NCBI GenBank assembly: GCA_963767735.1
Contig: CAVYES010000008.1
Span: 1-64,000, forward strand
Direction: 5' to 3'
From: Candidatus Bathyarchaeota archaeon
GTDB taxonomy: Archaea > Thermoproteota > Bathyarchaeia > Bathyarchaeales > Bathycorpusculaceae
Length of the DNA: 64,000 nt
In this document: piece after piece, positions 33,279 through 42,611 of the stretch
Position numbering within the stretch: position 1 is the first letter of the stretch
Layout: every line of letters begins with the position of its first letter
Program-made: the position numbers and the translations under genes
The notes under the pieces: model-generated
What the model saw: only the letters and a program-made list of their open reading frames with translations
The model's database searches: none
What the model was told of the DNA's origin: nothing

Positions 33279-33454
33279 TGTGGATCCCTAGGTATGTTAG
33301 TTTGGTTGTGTTATTGAGTTTGAGTTTTGTTCTTTTAAATGTGCTGTTTGCAGGCTAATGAATTATCTGCTGTTTGTGTAAGACTGCGTCTGTTCAGTAT
33401 TTTGCCCACTTTCAACACATATGTTTATTATTTTTTTGCTTTTGTTTGCATATG

Positions 33455-33469
33455 GAGAAACCTTAAATA
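33455..33469 (+). promoter_or_regulatory. Archaeal BRE/TATA-like promoter upstream of 33509
   Basis: GAGAAACCTTAAATA about 40 bp before the start; similar purine-run + TTAA motifs precede 10717, 19309, 24770 and 34569. Confidence 0.5.
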
Positions 33470-33508
33470 CTGGATATAGGACAAACAATGTATTACGAGG
33501 CTTAAGAA

Positions 33509-34492
33509 ATGACTCTAGACCCATCCGAAGTCACTAAACTTTTACCAGAAGTTAGAACTTTAGTAAACAAAGTTGTTAAGAAAAACATGGCTGACGGCTT
33601 CTTGTTTTCAGCTGGAACAGACACCCAGATAATCGCATATGAAGCAGTGAAATACAAACCCGACATCCCATGTCTCACTTTAGCTTTTAAACATGGAACC
33701 CCCAAAGACACCGAATATGTCAAGAAAATGGTAGAGCTCCTGCACCTGAAACAGGAGACTTATCAATTCGGCAAAGAAGATGTACTGAAATTTTACCCAA
33801 AAGTCGTGGAAGCTCTCAAAAAATACGACCCTATGGAAATTAGAAACAGCCTACCCGTCTACATCGGCTTAACCCTTTTCAAACCAAAAGGAATAAAGAG
33901 TGTATTCACGGGCGACGCACTAGACGAGCTTTTCGGTTACCCATGGCAATTCCACTTAACTGAAGCTGAATTTGCAAAGAAACAAGAGGAAATGTGGGCA
34001 GAAATGGGCTTCTCCTCAGTACCTATGGCAGAATCTCTTGGAATGGAAATCAAGTCACCCTACAGGGACCCAGCCTTCATGAAGTGGGCAATGAAGCTAC
34101 CTATCAAATATAAGATAAACATGTATAACGGCGTAAAATACAGCAAATGGATAATGCGCAAAGCCTACGAAGACGTAATACCTAAAGACATCATTTGGAG
34201 ACCAAAAGCGCCACTTGAAGCAGGAACCGGAACAGAAACGCTCCGAACATACTTCAATGACATGGTCACCGACAAAGACTTCGCAGAGAAAAAGGCAGCC
34301 ATCAAAAAAGCAGATGACGTCGAAATCCAAGACAAAGAACAGTTGCTTTACTATGAAGTTTTCCGCAAAAAATTCGGTAAGCCAAAAGACGTGTTCCCCA
34401 AGGTTGCAGGCGGCGTCGAATGTCCAAAATGCCACAGCTACATCAAAACTAAAATACAGTTCTGCAAAACCTGCGGAGCTTACCCAATCTAA
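33509..34492 (+). CDS. Asparagine-synthetase-like ATP pyrophosphatase (synthetase domain only) with C-terminal zinc ribbon
   Basis: FSAGTDT PP-loop variant, TGDALDELFGY, SPY.D, KWIMRKAYE..IP..I.WRPK.P; CPKC...CKTCG. Confidence 0.85.
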   Translation: MTLDPSEVTKLLPEVRTLVNKVVKKNMADGFLFSAGTDTQIIAYEAVKYKPDIPCLTLAFKHGTPKDTEYVKKMVELLHLKQETYQFGKEDVLKFYPKVVEALKKYDPMEIRNSLPVYIGLTLFKPKGIKSVFTGDALDELFGYPWQFHLTEAEFAKKQEEMWAEMGFSSVPMAESLGMEIKSPYRDPAFMKWAMKLPIKYKINMYNGVKYSKWIMRKAYEDVIPKDIIWRPKAPLEAGTGTETLRTYFNDMVTDKDFAEKKAAIKKADDVEIQDKEQLLYYEVFRKKFGKPKDVFPKVAGGVECPKCHSYIKTKIQFCKTCGAYPI

Positions 34493-34568
34493 ACTTTCTT
34501 TCTATTATTTTTTTGAAATTTCTTGGCTTCTATTATTTTGAGAAAGACTTAATTCTTTAATTTAGTAC

Positions 34569-35661
34569 TTGTGGGCGTTAACGAGAGGGTTAAAGTTGGC
34601 TAGTCTTTCACAATTAAAGTGGGCAATGGCAACTTCAATTTTCTTAGCCGCCTTCATATTTGGTCTTCTCGTTTTTGCAATTGTTTACTTCTTGCAATTA
34701 GATGTTTTCATTGGGTTACTTGTCGCTTTAGCTGGTACCGCACTCTTCATACTGTTTGAGTATGCGATAGGTCCAGTTATGGTTAAAGCTTCAACAAAGC
34801 TGCGTTACCTAAAGCCTGGCGAGAACCCCTGGCTTGAAAAAACAGTTAAAGATTTAGCAGACAAAAGCGGTTTACCAATGCCCAAGTTGGCTATAGTTCC
34901 AAACAGTACTCCCAACGCGTTTACTTTTGGCAGATCCCAAAGCAGCGCCACTTTAGCGGTGCATGAAGGTCTTCTGAGAAGTTTGAAGGAAGATGAAATT
35001 AGAGGCGTAATAGCTCACGAGTTAGGTCACATTAAACATAAAGATTACATTGTGATGACTGTTCTCTCCGCGCTGCCGTTAATTGCCTACATAATTGCAG
35101 AAGTAGCGTTGATATCAGGCGCGTTTAGCGGCGGCGGAAGCACCAGTGGCGGAAGAGGAGGAAAAAACCAGGGCAATGCAGGTTTAATATTAATCTTAAT
35201 CGGAGTAATCTCGTTTATAGTGTACATACTAACATTTTTGATCGTTATGAGGCTTAGTCGTCTCCGGGAACATTTTGCTGACTCATACTCCGCTTACGTG
35301 ACAGGTTCGCCTCAGAGAATTAGAAAGCGCCTTGGCAAAAATCACTTATGGCTTATCCATTTCGCCCAAGCCACCTGAGGGAGCAAGAGCGTTCTACATT
35401 GCAGACCCGGCAACGGCGAAGCAGGAAGTTAAAGAAGTCATGGAGAAAAAAGACGAGTACGATTTAGATCATGATGGGGTTTTGGATGAGCGCGAGTTGG
35501 AATTGGCAATGGAGAAAGAGTCCAAAAGCACATGGCACCAAATTAACAGCTTGTTTTCGACTCACCCGCCGACGTTTAAGCGCATTTTGCTTTTGCGCGA
35601 AATTGAACAGGAAATGGACACGGGAAAATACAATAGCGACAAAATATACACCCATGTCTAA
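34569..35661 (+). CDS. htpX: M48 zinc metalloprotease HtpX, frameshift near 35315
   Basis: PNAFTFG, AHELGHIKH.D, SRLREHFAD, FSTHPP. Confidence 0.9.
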
Positions 35662-35759
35662 AATCGCGCCCATCTTTTGGTTAAAATTAATTAAAGCGAT
35701 GCGAAGACTAATATTTCTCCAGAAACGATTTAGTATAAAACCTAAAAGAGAAACCTAAA

Positions 35760-35966
35760 ATGACGATTTATTGTCCTGAATGCGGCGGAGAATGCCATTA
35801 CGAAATAGGCACCAAACGTTATATCTGCAAAAGCTGCGGGTTATCAATGACACAGCAAGAACTCAATGATTTGCGAGACAAGAACAGGCCAAACGAGGAA
35901 ACAGCAGAGGAAGAGAGAGAAAACCGCCGAAAAGAATACCTCAAATGGTACCTTAGCAAAAAGTAA
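35760..35966 (+). CDS. Small zinc-ribbon protein
   Basis: CPECGG...YICKSCG; C-terminal EYLKWYLSKK. Confidence 0.8.
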   Translation: MTIYCPECGGECHYEIGTKRYICKSCGLSMTQQELNDLRDKNRPNEETAEEERENRRKEYLKWYLSKK

Positions 35967-36033
35967 AACGGCACAGCCAAGTAAGGTTTAACCGTTTAGC
36001 TAGCAAACACTATAAAATATACTTTTTAGTTAC

Positions 36034-36867
36034 GTGGACTATCGAGTGAAGGCTATGACGGTGAACATTGAAATAATCTGTGTAGGCAACGAGTTACTGA
36101 TTGGCAAAGTAATTAACACAAACGCTCATTGGCTCGGTAAACAAGTAACAAATCTCGGAGCCAACGTTAAGCGCATAACAGTAGTAGAGGATACTGTAGA
36201 TGAAATAGCCAAGGTTATTTGCGAAACCATAAAGCGAAAACCGCAGTTCATAATTACTACAGGCGGGCTGGGTCCGACTTTTGACGATAAAACTTTGCAG
36301 GGCATAGCCCAAGCGTTAAACCGCAAATTAGAAATCAACCAGAAGGCGTTAGCGATTGTTAAGGAAAAATGCGAAGAATACGCCAGAAAAAGGCAGCTCT
36401 CAACAACAATTGAATTAACACCGCCTAGAGTAAAAATGGCAACTTTACCGGAAAAAACAGAGTCAATCATCAACCCAATCGGCACTGCACCTGGAGTGCG
36501 CGTAGATCTGGAGGGAACTGTTCTGTTTGCCCTGCCCGGTGTGCCTTCAGAGATGGAAGCGATTTTTACGGAGACGATAGCGCCACTGCTAAAAAAAGCC
36601 ATAGGTGACAGGGTTTTTTGTGAAAAAAGCATGTTTCTAAGTAACATAATGGAGTCGAATTTGGCTCCGTTAATTGACAAAGTCATGATTTCCAATAAGG
36701 GAGTTTACATAAAGTCTCATCCGATGGGTGTAGAAAATAAGCCGCATATAGAAATTCATTTAACAATTGCAGCCAAAGCTGAAGAAGAGCCAATGAAAAT
36801 TCTTGAGAAATCCATGAAGCAACTTTCAATTTTGGTTGAAGAGAACGGCGGAAAAGCCGTCTTCTAA
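36034..36867 (+). CDS. CinA N-terminal/MoeA-like (NMN-deamidase-related) protein
   Basis: VGNELLIG...NTNA.WL, TGGLGPTFDDKT, NPIGTAPG, LPGVPSEM, YIKSHP. Confidence 0.88.
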   Translation: MDYRVKAMTVNIEIICVGNELLIGKVINTNAHWLGKQVTNLGANVKRITVVEDTVDEIAKVICETIKRKPQFIITTGGLGPTFDDKTLQGIAQALNRKLEINQKALAIVKEKCEEYARKRQLSTTIELTPPRVKMATLPEKTESIINPIGTAPGVRVDLEGTVLFALPGVPSEMEAIFTETIAPLLKKAIGDRVFCEKSMFLSNIMESNLAPLIDKVMISNKGVYIKSHPMGVENKPHIEIHLTIAAKAEEEPMKILEKSMKQLSILVEENGGKAVF

Positions 36868-37092
36868 GCTTATTTCGCAGTCGTAGACCAAATTTTTCGT
36901 CGGGTAGCGGGAGGGTAGGTCAATTTTGCTGGTGGAAATTAGCAGCTAAATTTGGGGTGAAAGGGGTAATCAGTAGAATTGTCGATCAAGGAAGAGTTTT
37001 AACTTTCGGTCGGGGCATCCTCAAAAAGTGTGATATGTTGATGGCTGTAAGCGAAAAATGAAAAAAGGAAATAAAGTTAAGAAGGGGAAAGT

Positions 37093-38271
37093 TTATGCTT
37101 TTTTGGCTTTTTCTAGTTCTTTGCGAAGCACTTCTGCCTTGTCTGTTTGTTCCCAGGTGAATTCTGGTTCTTCTCTTCCGAAGTGGCCGAACACTGCTGT
37201 TTTCTTGTATATTGGTCTTAGCAAGTTTAGTTGATCAATGATTGCTTTAGGCCTCATGTCGAAATGCTTTTTCACTAAGTCGAGAATTTGGTCATCTGTC
37301 AGTTTCCCAGTTTCAGAAGTATTTACCAGCACAGAGATTGGTTGCGCTACCCCGATTGCGTAGGAGATTTGGATTTCACATTGGTCAGCTAAGCCAGCGG
37401 CGACAATGTTTTTGGCGATGTACCTTGCCATGTAACAGCCTGAACGGTCAACTTTTGAGGGGTCTTTACCGCTGAAGCATCCGCCACCGTGACTTCCAAC
37501 TCCGCCGTAAGTGTCAACAATGATTTTTCTGCCGGTTAATCCTGAATCTGCGAGGGTTCCGCCGATTACGAATCTGCCTGTGCCGTTTATAACGTATTTT
37601 ATGTCTTCAGCAATCATGTCTGCGGGTATAACGTTCTTGATTACTTTTTCAATAATATCTTTTTTTAATGTTGCATCGTCAACTGACCCGTTATTTTGTG
37701 CGGCAATAACAACAGCTTTAACACATCTTGTTTTGCATCCGTCATATTCCACTGTTACTTGAGATTTGCAGTCGGGACGCAGATAAGGCATAAGTTTTGT
37801 TTTTCTGCATTCAGCTAAACGCTTAACAAGCTTATGCGCCAGCATGATCGGTAGGGGCATGAGCTCTTTTGTCTCGTTTGTTGCGTAGCCGAAAACCATT
37901 CCTTGGTCGCCAGCGCCCTGCTCATGGCCTTCGGATTCCGTGACACCCATAGAAATGTCTTTAGACTGCTCAGTAATTGAAGTCAAGATGCCGCATGTTT
38001 CCCAGTCTAAGCCATCTTTAGCATTGTCGAACCCGATTTCTTTTAGGGTTTGGCGAACAATTTTCGGGATGTTTACGTAGGTGCATGTGGTTATTTGCCC
38101 CGTAATCATTACGGTTCCCTGCATAACGAGGGTTTCGCAGTCAACTCTTGCTTTGGGGTCTGTGCTGAATATTGCGTCTAAAACGCTGTCGGATATTTGG
38201 TCTGCCACCTTATCTGGGTGACCTTCTCCAACTGACTCTGAAGTGAACAAGTATTTTCCAGTTTTTTTCAT
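37093..38271 (-). CDS. metK: S-adenosylmethionine synthetase, bacterial/eukaryotic type
   Basis: [54 protein letters not shown]; start set at the ATG 38271. Confidence 0.95.
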   Translation of the reverse strand: MKKTGKYLFTSESVGEGHPDKVADQISDSVLDAIFSTDPKARVDCETLVMQGTVMITGQITTCTYVNIPKIVRQTLKEIGFDNAKDGLDWETCGILTSITEQSKDISMGVTESEGHEQGAGDQGMVFGYATNETKELMPLPIMLAHKLVKRLAECRKTKLMPYLRPDCKSQVTVEYDGCKTRCVKAVVIAAQNNGSVDDATLKKDIIEKVIKNVIPADMIAEDIKYVINGTGRFVIGGTLADSGLTGRKIIVDTYGGVGSHGGGCFSGKDPSKVDRSGCYMARYIAKNIVAAGLADQCEIQISYAIGVAQPISVLVNTSETGKLTDDQILDLVKKHFDMRPKAIIDQLNLLRPIYKKTAVFGHFGREEPEFTWEQTDKAEVLRKELEKAKKA

Positions 38272-38443
38272 AAGAATCGTTCCGTTCAGTTGCAATAAGA
38301 AACTAACATACTTTGCATTTTTCTTAAAAGGTTTTCTGTTAAAAATATTCCGCCGAGAAATATCAAGCCTCCAATTTTGGTACACTGTTAGTTTCTGGGA
38401 ACAACTCTATGTTATTTGCCATTTTTGAAACAGTTGTTTTGGT

Positions 38444-38540
38444 TTGCTTTTTTGGTTTAGGGTTTGAATTGTTTGCAGGTAGAATCGCAAATAATCGTGA
38501 ATAATCGCGTTTAATCGCAAATAATCGTGAATAATCGCGT
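38444..38540 (+). repeat. Leader + 10-bp array element, copy B (6 units, core AATCG)
   Basis: Leader 38444-38480; AATCG at 38483, 38493, 38503, 38513, 38523, 38533. Confidence 0.85.
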
Positions 38541-38753
38541 AGAGGAATGCATATGCGATTACAAGAAAAGTCAGTTTCAAATCGACTGCGGTTAACCAAG
38601 TTGAAGTAATGGCAAGATCATAACTCAAATGACCTCTAACCTAACAGCAATAGCGAAAAATTTTTCGAGGCAGAGCTGATGAGAAATATCAATATACTTC
38701 CTCTTGCAAAAGTGATTTTAACTGCAAATGACACAGACAGGAAGATGAATAAC

Positions 38754-39131
38754 ATGAAGGCAACTGTATTTACTGAGAAAGCGCCAAAACCGGTAGGTCC
38801 ATACAATCAAGCGGTGAGGGCAGGCAAATTCCTATTTGTTTCAGGGCAACTGGCAATCGATCCAAAGGAAGGTAAAATCGTTGCCAAAACCGTGACGCTC
38901 CAGACAAAGCAGGTTATGGAGAACATAAAAGCCATCTTGGAAGCTGCGGGTGTTAGTTTGAAAGATATTGTTCAATCCAACGTGTTCCTTTCTTCTATGG
39001 CCTCGTTTGATGAGTTCAACAGCAAATACGCCGAGTACTTTGATGAGGAATTTCCTGCTCGCGCCACAGTCGGCACAGAATTAAGGGCAGATGCTCTTGT
39101 TGAGGTTTCAGTTGTTGCTTACAAAGACTAA
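38754..39131 (+). CDS. RidA/YjgF family enamine deaminase
   Basis: APKPVGPYNQAV, FVSGQL, FPARATV, VEV. Confidence 0.9.
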   Translation: MKATVFTEKAPKPVGPYNQAVRAGKFLFVSGQLAIDPKEGKIVAKTVTLQTKQVMENIKAILEAAGVSLKDIVQSNVFLSSMASFDEFNSKYAEYFDEEFPARATVGTELRADALVEVSVVAYKD

Positions 39132-39194
39132 TCCGCATGGTTCTTTGACAAATTATAAAAACTTAACCAACAATTAGTTAGGGCAGGGCAAAAT

Positions 39195-39821
39195 ATGGCT
39201 GTATCGCTAAAAAAGTTTATACAAGAAATAGCTGGGAAAAAAGCTCCCGGGCCATCAACTACCTTTACGGTATTCCATGTCTTCTATGCTTTAGAGCTTA
39301 TGTCGCGGGAACCTCTTGGCAGAAATAAGCTGGCTAAGAAACTCAACGTTGGCGACGGAGCAGTCCGCACAATAATAAGCAGACTTAGAAATGCTGGTCT
39401 AATTGAAACCTCAAAAGAAGGCTGCAGTTTAACGAAGATGGGTTTAGAGGTTTGGGGGCAGTTTGAACAAGTTTTTCCTAAACGCGTTGAGATTCCGAAA
39501 AATGAATTGATTGAATCTGAATTTGTTTTTGCTTTTTTGGTGAAAAACAGCGGGCAAAAAGTTCGATCAGGAATAGATCAGCGCGATGCGGCTATCATAG
39601 CGGGTGCACGTAAAGCCCTAGTTATCGTTTTTAAAGACGGTCATTTGTGCATTGAATCAGTCAGTGAATGTATCGAGAAGGATTATCCGAAGGCAGCATG
39701 CGAAATTCTCAGGGAATTCGCGCCTCAGGACAACGACGCAATTGTTATTGCTGGTGCTGATTCAGCTCTGAGAGCTAAGCGTGGGGCTTTTGCAGCGAGT
39801 TGGTCGCTGATTAGCGCTTAA
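39195..39821 (+). CDS. Winged-helix + DUF4443 domain protein
   Basis: LGRNKLAKKL.VGDGAVRT HTH; GIDQRDAAI.AGA. Confidence 0.75.
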   Translation: MAVSLKKFIQEIAGKKAPGPSTTFTVFHVFYALELMSREPLGRNKLAKKLNVGDGAVRTIISRLRNAGLIETSKEGCSLTKMGLEVWGQFEQVFPKRVEIPKNELIESEFVFAFLVKNSGQKVRSGIDQRDAAIIAGARKALVIVFKDGHLCIESVSECIEKDYPKAACEILREFAPQDNDAIVIAGADSALRAKRGAFAASWSLISA

Positions 39822-39825
39822 CTTT

Positions 39826-40587
39826 TTAAGTTGTGTATTTTTCTCCTTCGTTTAAGATTCTCTCAAGGACTGTGTTAATGTTTGTCATGCCTTCGTTTGT
39901 TTTGGATGAAAGGGGCATGAGCAAAAATTGTAATCCGAGCTTGTTGATGGCTTGCATCATGTTGCGGCTGAACAGACGTTTTGTGCCTTCAAGTTTCTCT
40001 TCAATTGCGTCTTCCAACGCTCTTGTGTTAGCTGACCAAGTTGCAATTGCTTGCACATCCTTTTTTGGTAGCAAATCGATTTTGGAGAGAACATGCAGTT
40101 GCGGCTGGAAGAAACGATTGTAAACTGCGGCGGAAAGAAACATGTTTGAAACATAGTTCATCGGATTAGCTGAGAATACAGCGTCAAAGAGGTAAATTAA
40201 CGCTTTAGGCTCCTTTGTTAACTCATCAACAATGTATGGTCCGCTCGCCCGGAAAGCAAACAGCTCCATCTGCCCAGGAGTATCAACCAAAACGATGTCA
40301 GCGTGGGCTTCTTCGATGTCGCGTGTCAAATTTTCGATTTCATCAGCAATTAAATCTGCAGCCATAATCAAAGCGCCATTTGGACCTAAACCATACTTCT
40401 CCATTATATCGCCGACATCGACATAGTTGCGCACATCAACATCCGGCGAGTAAGGCAACTTCAACGCACCAGGATCCAAATTAACAACGGCGACATCCTG
40501 CTTAGACATTTTTAGCCATTCACTAAAAGCTGCAGTGAACAAAGATTTACCAGAACCAGCTGTTCCAATAACAAACGCGAGGGGCAC
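39826..40587 (-). CDS. GPN-loop GTPase
   Basis: GTAGSGKS, NLDPG, YGLGPNGA, DTPGQME, SKID. Confidence 0.93.
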   Translation of the reverse strand: MPLAFVIGTAGSGKSLFTAAFSEWLKMSKQDVAVVNLDPGALKLPYSPDVDVRNYVDVGDIMEKYGLGPNGALIMAADLIADEIENLTRDIEEAHADIVLVDTPGQMELFAFRASGPYIVDELTKEPKALIYLFDAVFSANPMNYVSNMFLSAAVYNRFFQPQLHVLSKIDLLPKKDVQAIATWSANTRALEDAIEEKLEGTKRLFSRNMMQAINKLGLQFLLMPLSSKTNEGMTNINTVLERILNEGEKYTT

Positions 40588-40699
40588 CTTTTTTTCTCTC
40601 CGCTAACGTGTGAATGAAACTAAAAGTAATAACCTTTCTGTATCAAGCGCCCAGCACTAAATAGCGAAAACCACACAAAATTGAACAGACTGATTCGGG

Positions 40700-40797
40700 T
40701 TGTTTTTTTAATTTGGGCTTGGTTTTGTTTGCAGGTTGTGTGCTTTTTTGTGCTTTTTTGTGTTGAATTGTGCGGATTTGTGTGGAATTGTGCCGGA
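40700..40797 (+). repeat. Leader + 10-bp array element, copy C (6 units, core TTGTG)
   Basis: Leader 40700-40736 matches copy B at 29/37 ungapped; (T)TGTG at 40738, 40748, 40758, 40768, 40778, 40788. Confidence 0.8.
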
Positions 40798-40854
40798 TTA
40801 TTGAAGAGTCACTCTGAGTTGTTTAGCGGCAAATTTTGAACAAGCCGTTCTAAG

Positions 40855-40952
40855 TTGCTTTTTTGGTTTAGAACTCGATTCGTTTGCAGGTTGAGTAAAG
40901 AAAAGTAACAGAAAGTAAGGAAACGTAAGGAAAAGTAAAGGAAAGTAACAGA
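40855..40952 (+). repeat. Leader + 10-bp array element, copy D (6 units, core AAGTAA)
   Basis: Leader 40855-40891 matches copy B at 31/37; GTAA at 40895, 40905, 40915, 40925, 40935, 40945. Confidence 0.85.
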
Positions 40953-41178
40953 AAATTTCCGTATGCATAGGCAAATTTTCGTGGCTTGAACAGTTTTGAT
41001 CCGCAGAGATAGTCGAATTTGATTGCATTATTTTAGGGATGCGTGGATTACTTTTTGGAGGTGTAGATGAAATATATCGCCGGATAAAGTTAAGCAAGCA
41101 TACTAACAGTATTGATACTAATAAGACGATAGAAGAGAAAACAAACCTTGAATGCACTCGGTAATAGCCCTAACTTAT

Positions 41179-41529
41179 TCAAGTAGAAGGCACTAAATTC
41201 TCTGTGAATGTGGTTATTCCTGATGGGACGTAAAATGACTTGTAAACGTTTTCTTGATATGCATATGGTGGAAGGTTAAATACATTGTATGATTGTCCAC
41301 CTGTCAGCAAAACGCTGTATTGACCATTAACAACATTTGCACTTGTGTTAAATGTTCCACTTAAACTTTCGAAATAAAGAATACTAGCATTGTGAGGAGA
41401 AACCGTACCAGATACTTGCACTACGTTGTTCAATTCAGTTGGCAACTTAATAACTGCACCAATCCATATTCCTAACACTAAAACAACCACTAAACCAACT
41501 GCAATACCAATGATTACTTTACTAGCCAT
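41179..41529 (-). CDS. Small N-terminally anchored protein with a carboxypeptidase-regulatory-like beta domain
   Basis: N-terminal TM; VQVSGTV...NGQYSVLL.GGQSYNV. Confidence 0.7.
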   Translation of the reverse strand: MASKVIIGIAVGLVVVLVLGIWIGAVIKLPTELNNVVQVSGTVSPHNASILYFESLSGTFNTSANVVNGQYSVLLTGGQSYNVFNLPPYAYQENVYKSFYVPSGITTFTENLVPST

Positions 41530-41799
41530 TCTGCTAATCTCCTTTTTTTATTTAGCTTATTCTGAGAATTGAAGATTTAAGACTTATCTACTCTGTAATA
41601 GCGAAGTTCCTAACCCTCGAATATACTCTTGGTAATAGCCCTAAAAATGAAAATATCGCTTTACTCCCTTACTGAGAAAGTGGGCAATACAAAATGCTGA
41701 ATAGACGATTGGTCCAATAATCTCAAAATAAAAGCCTTCTGAAATGCGGTTCTGTGAAGTCCTCGGTTGAAATGGGGTTCATGTGAAAATTCGGTTGAT

Positions 41800-42138
41800 T
41801 TACACGTATTTATTCTCGTTATTACAATACCATCGCTTGTATTGTTCTATGTATGTTAGGGGTTGTCCACATGAACTACAATAAATTTTTTGTTGAGGGC
41901 TTGACATGGAACTGGGCACTGAATATAATCTAATAATTCTCTGTTCAGCCTGAGCGAATCCCCCTGCAAATCCAACACCGAAACCAATCATCGACATTCC
42001 AGCTATGCCACTATCCAAAAGACTGTATGCTCCAAAAATTGCTGAGAAAGTTATAGCGAGTCCAGCGATGATTAGACCCACTGAAATTATTGAGACAACT
42101 CTATTATACTTCTTGATTTTTATTTCTTTTTCATCCAT
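41800..42138 (-). CDS. Small 2-TM protein with C-terminal zinc-ribbon-like motif
   Basis: CSSCGQPLTYIEQYKRWYC. Confidence 0.7.
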   Translation of the reverse strand: MDEKEIKIKKYNRVVSIISVGLIIAGLAITFSAIFGAYSLLDSGIAGMSMIGFGVGFAGGFAQAEQRIIRLYSVPSSMSSPQQKIYCSSCGQPLTYIEQYKRWYCNNENKYV

Positions 42139-42280
42139 GTTAGCCTATTTCTACACTATGCGAATTTAACACTTATCACCATAGAAACTATAGGACAAAA
42201 AACTTGATGTACCAAGAAAGAAAATGCTCGTTAATAGCCCTAACCATTAATGTACTTTGCAGAATATTGGAATTAACATT

Positions 42281-42523
42281 TCAAGACAAAGATGTGCGAA
42301 TCACTTTTTGATAGACGTAAAGGAAGTAGAAGGCTGTAAAGACCGTCAGGGTAATTTCAAGAAGGAGGATGGTGGGGTTTGTCTCTACAGCGCGGAAATA
42401 TCCTTGCAAGAAGATGTCTGAGAACACGAGGATTTGGAGGAAGATTGCGCCGCCCAAGCAGCTTAAGCCTAGGCTGTGTAATACTAGGCGGATTCTGTGG
42501 TTTAGTTTTGGATCTATGGTCAT
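42281..42523 (-). CDS. Small 2-TM hypothetical protein
   Basis: 80-aa ORF with two TM helices. Confidence 0.65.
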   Translation of the reverse strand: MTIDPKLNHRIRLVLHSLGLSCLGGAIFLQILVFSDIFLQGYFRAVETNPTILLLEITLTVFTAFYFLYVYQKVIRTSLS

Positions 42524-42611
42524 CGTTTACCCCCAAAACTGTACTATTAGCAGTAAGACTTAAGATTTATGAAAACGCAAACAGAATTTTCAATAAGCAA
42601 ATACTTTCAGA

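Larger units (their letters stand above)
41157..42244. repeat. Three direct copies of (CTC)GGTAATAGCCCTAA(C) separating small genes
   Basis: 41157-41174 ctcggtaatagccctaac; 41631-41644 ggtaatagccctaa; 42227-42244 ctcgttaatagccctaac. Confidence 0.8.

Noticed and set aside
33346-33354. Fifth GTTTGCAGG intergenic hit
   Set aside because: The upstream leader does not align and no 10-bp array follows.
38363-41157. ORFs 38363..38599, 38407..38628, 40798..41157 (and 6583..6765) as proteins sharing PAN...KPKKQ or CFFGL...FAG
   Set aside because: The similarity comes only from the DNA leader. A 10-bp period is not codon-compatible, and equivalent frames contain stops in other copies.
38483-42244. 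CRISPR array interpretation of the short repeats
   Set aside because: The units are 10-18 bp with no regular 30-40 bp spacers, and there are no cas genes.
41157-42244. Bona fide integron
   Set aside because: No intI is present and no RYYYAAC...GTTRRRY attC hairpin could be folded by eye. It is kept only as a cassette-like hypothesis.
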